In this document: piece by piece, positions 60,802 to 64,000 of the stretch | Layout of the letters: the number at the start of each line of letters is the position of its first letter | How positions within the stretch are numbered: the first letter of the stretch is position 1 | From: an uncultured Gammaproteobacteria bacterium | GTDB taxonomy: Bacteria > Pseudomonadota > Gammaproteobacteria > Xanthomonadales > Rhodanobacteraceae | Assembly (NCBI GenBank): GCA_963707225.1 | Contig: CAVPQF010000078.1 | Location: 6,314 to 70,313, forward strand | DNA: 64,000 nt | Direction: 5' to 3' | Notes under the pieces: generated by a model | Seen by the model: only the letters and a program-made list of their open reading frames with translations | The model's database searches: none | What the model was told of the DNA's origin: nothing | Program-made: the position numbers and the translations under genes

Positions 60802-61602
60802 ATGACCCGCCCCCTTCGCCTCGCCCTCAGTGGCGCTTCCGGCCGCATGGGCCACGCGCTGCTGGATCTGCTCGGCGATGACGCCCGCTTCGAACCGGTG
60901 CATGCGGTGGTGGCGCCGGGTTCGCCCCACGACGGCCAGCCGGTGTCAGCCTGCACCACGGGTTCATTGCGGTACGCACACGACTGGACACAAGCGCCGC
61001 CGCTCGACGTCGTCATCGACTTCAGCAGCCCGGCTGCACTGGCGCTTGCGCTCGATCATTGCCTGGCGCATGGCACGGCCCTGGTCAGCGGCACCACCGG
61101 TGTGGACGCCGCGCTGGAAGCGCGTCTGGCCGATGCGGGTCAGCGCATCGCGATCCTGCGCGCCGCCAACTTCAGCCTGGGCGTGGCAATGCTGGCGCGC
61201 CTGCTGCGCGAGGCGGCGGCGGCGCTGCCGGACTGGGACCTGGAAATCGTCGAGGCCCATCACGGCCGCAAGCAGGACGCGCCGTCCGGCACCGCGCTGG
61301 CGCTTGGCCAGGTGGCAGCGGCGGCACGCAACACCACGCTGGAAGCCGCAGCGGTCTACAGCCGGGAAGGCCGCACCGGCGAACGGACCGAAGGCAGCAT
61401 CGGCTTCGCCGTGGTGCGCGGCGGCGACATCGTGGGCGAACACAGCGCCATGCTGATCGGGCAGGGCGAGCGGCTGGAACTCGCGCATCGCGCCACCGAC
61501 CGCTCGATCTTCGCGCGCGGCGCCTTGCACGCGGCGCATTGGCTGGCAGGTCGTGCGCCGGGACAGTGGCAACTGGACGACGTGATCGCCACGTTGCGCT
61601 GA
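60802..61602 (+). CDS. dapB: 4-hydroxy-tetrahydrodipicolinate reductase
   Basis: Start is the ATG at 60802 (MTRPLRLALSGASGRMG). Contains EIVEAHHGRKQDAPSGTA and ELAHRATDRSIFARGAL. Confidence 0.9.
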   Translation: MTRPLRLALSGASGRMGHALLDLLGDDARFEPVHAVVAPGSPHDGQPVSACTTGSLRYAHDWTQAPPLDVVIDFSSPAALALALDHCLAHGTALVSGTTGVDAALEARLADAGQRIAILRAANFSLGVAMLARLLREAAAALPDWDLEIVEAHHGRKQDAPSGTALALGQVAAAARNTTLEAAAVYSREGRTGERTEGSIGFAVVRGGDIVGEHSAMLIGQGERLELAHRATDRSIFARGALHAAHWLAGRAPGQWQLDDVIATLR

Positions 61603-61659
61603 TCCGCCCTGCGCCAGGGTGGCGCAATCATCGCGAACCCGATGCGCGAACGGTCGGAT

Positions 61660-62355
61660 TCAGTCGCGGTGCGAGGCGCTGCGATCGCGGCCTGCACCCA
61701 GTCGGGTATCGAGGCGGCCGAACAACTTCTTGAACGTGCGCGAGAAGTTTCCACGTTTCGTCTTGCGCAGTTTCTCTTCCTCACTGATCAGCCAGGCGAC
61801 CTGGATCACCCGCCGCTCGCCTTCGTAGGGCAGATGGCCGTGGAAGGAGTTCTCGCAGCGCTTGAACACGGCGAACTCGCCATAGAGCGGCGCCAGCTCC
61901 GGGGCCGCGATGCTGTCGATGTCGTCGATCTTGTGCAGGAAACGCAGGCAGCCGTCGCTGGTGTCCGGCCACTGCTCATTCAGGTAGATCAGTGCGGTGG
62001 CCACCTTGGACTTGCTGTCGGTATGGATGGTGCCATGGCGCTTGTTGAGCAGGCGGCACAGGGTCACCAGGGTCGGGTACTGGCCGAGATTGTCGATGCC
62101 CAGTCGCTGGCCGATCGCGCTGGCAAACGCCGGCGAAGTCATGTTCTCGATCAGGGCATTGACGCTCGGGCCGCAGTCCGCCGGGTCGTAGGGAAAGAAG
62201 CCGGCGCTGGCGTAGCGCGGGAAGTCACGATCGAGGTCGCCACGCACTTCATCCGGCAGCTGGCCATGCGCGACCATGAAGGGAAAGGGCTGCTGCTGCA
62301 CCGTGGTATCCGGGCGATCGAGACGGGCGGGATCGAGCAGGACAGCAGCACTCAT
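61660..62355 (-). CDS. 2OG-Fe(II) oxygenase superfamily protein (function unknown)
   Basis: Start is the ATG at 62355. Contains HGTIHTDSKSKVATALIYLNE (His-x-Asp) and CENSFHGHLPYEGERRVIQVAW. The family assignment is from memory. Confidence 0.6.
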   Translation of the reverse strand: MSAAVLLDPARLDRPDTTVQQQPFPFMVAHGQLPDEVRGDLDRDFPRYASAGFFPYDPADCGPSVNALIENMTSPAFASAIGQRLGIDNLGQYPTLVTLCRLLNKRHGTIHTDSKSKVATALIYLNEQWPDTSDGCLRFLHKIDDIDSIAAPELAPLYGEFAVFKRCENSFHGHLPYEGERRVIQVAWLISEEEKLRKTKRGNFSRTFKKLFGRLDTRLGAGRDRSASHRD

Positions 62356-62568
62356 GGGGCATCGGACTCCGATAAAATGTGTCCTAGTGTAGCGCTGACC
62401 GATCGGCGGAGATGGACGAAGAATCGCAAGATTCATGCGCCGTAAGGTGGACAGAAACGGCGTCGCCGCTTATCATTTCCACCCGCCCAGATTCTTTCCT
62501 TTCCAAGCTCCACAAGCCAGCAATCGTGCGGCTTGCGGACTTTGCTGCATCCAAAAGGCGGTTACCGT

Positions 62569-63697
<1,129 letters not shown>

Positions 63698-63705
<8 letters not shown>

Positions 63706-64000
63706 GCGTACCGATATCAAGAGCATCCTCATCATCGGCGCCGGCCCGATCGTGATCGGCCAGGCCTGCGAGTTCGACTACTCCGGCGCGCAGGCGTGCA
63801 AGGCGTTGAAGGAGGAGGGCTACCGGGTGATCCTGGTGAACTCCAACCCGGCCACGATCATGACCGACCCGGAGACCGCCGACGCGGTGTACATCGAGCC
63901 AATCAACTGGCAGACGGTGGAACGCATCATCGCCAAGGAGCGTCCGGATGCGGTGCTGCCCACGATGGGCGGCCAGACCGGCCTGAATTGCGCGCTCGAC
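63698..64000 (+). CDS. carB: Carbamoyl-phosphate synthase large subunit (5' end only)
   Basis: My translation from the ATG at 63698 gives [42 protein letters not shown]... 8-bp overlap with carA; runs off the window. Confidence 0.9.

Overview
This is a high-GC gammaproteobacterial chromosome segment. Gene order and the intergenic repeat families look Xanthomonadales/Rhodanobacteraceae-like, but I cannot verify that without a database. All calls come from reading the supplied translations, my own translation of some regions, and remembered family motifs; no searches were run.

Most of the window is core housekeeping:
- rluB-scpB-scpA, fadD, acnA plus a divergent LysR regulator, typA, a cyclophilin, mdh, and an aminotransferase
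- smpB/ratA/rnfH/bamE/fur, recN, hrcA-grpE-dnaK-dnaJ, dapB, and carAB

Four parts are not ordinary:
1. 12.7-24.4 kb is a putative extracellular poly/oligo-3-hydroxybutyrate scavenging locus. It holds a GntP permease, a TonB-dependent receptor, a type-2 PHB depolymerase, a 3HB-oligomer hydrolase, and a transporter-like CrbS/CrbR-type two-component pair. A roughly 0.7 kb hairpin-mosaic, MITE-like element interrupts it.
2. 30.0-34.3 kb is a four-gene, translationally coupled operon: PhyH-type dioxygenase, Zn-ADH, esterase, and secreted GH13.
3. 35.2-48.9 kb is an accessory block bounded by gene remnants. It carries its own Crp/Fnr-family regulator and a FixL-like PAS hybrid kinase with an OmpR-type regulator. 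It also carries five strong TTGAT-N4-ATCAA boxes in front of usp genes, a BON gene, and a Host_attach-PolX operon, plus one weak box in front of an alcohol dehydrogenase gene.
4. 48141-48930 is an apparently ORF-less group II intron inserted a few nucleotides after a rho-independent terminator, next to smpB.

Smaller oddities include a YeaQ/GlsB-family gene with no stop at the expected place, which reads antisense through the whole neighbouring yidB-like gene. There is also a structured, terminator-capped 250-nt tail downstream of a histidine kinase gene. Many long ORFs in the track are antisense or read-through artefacts of the high GC content and were not called.
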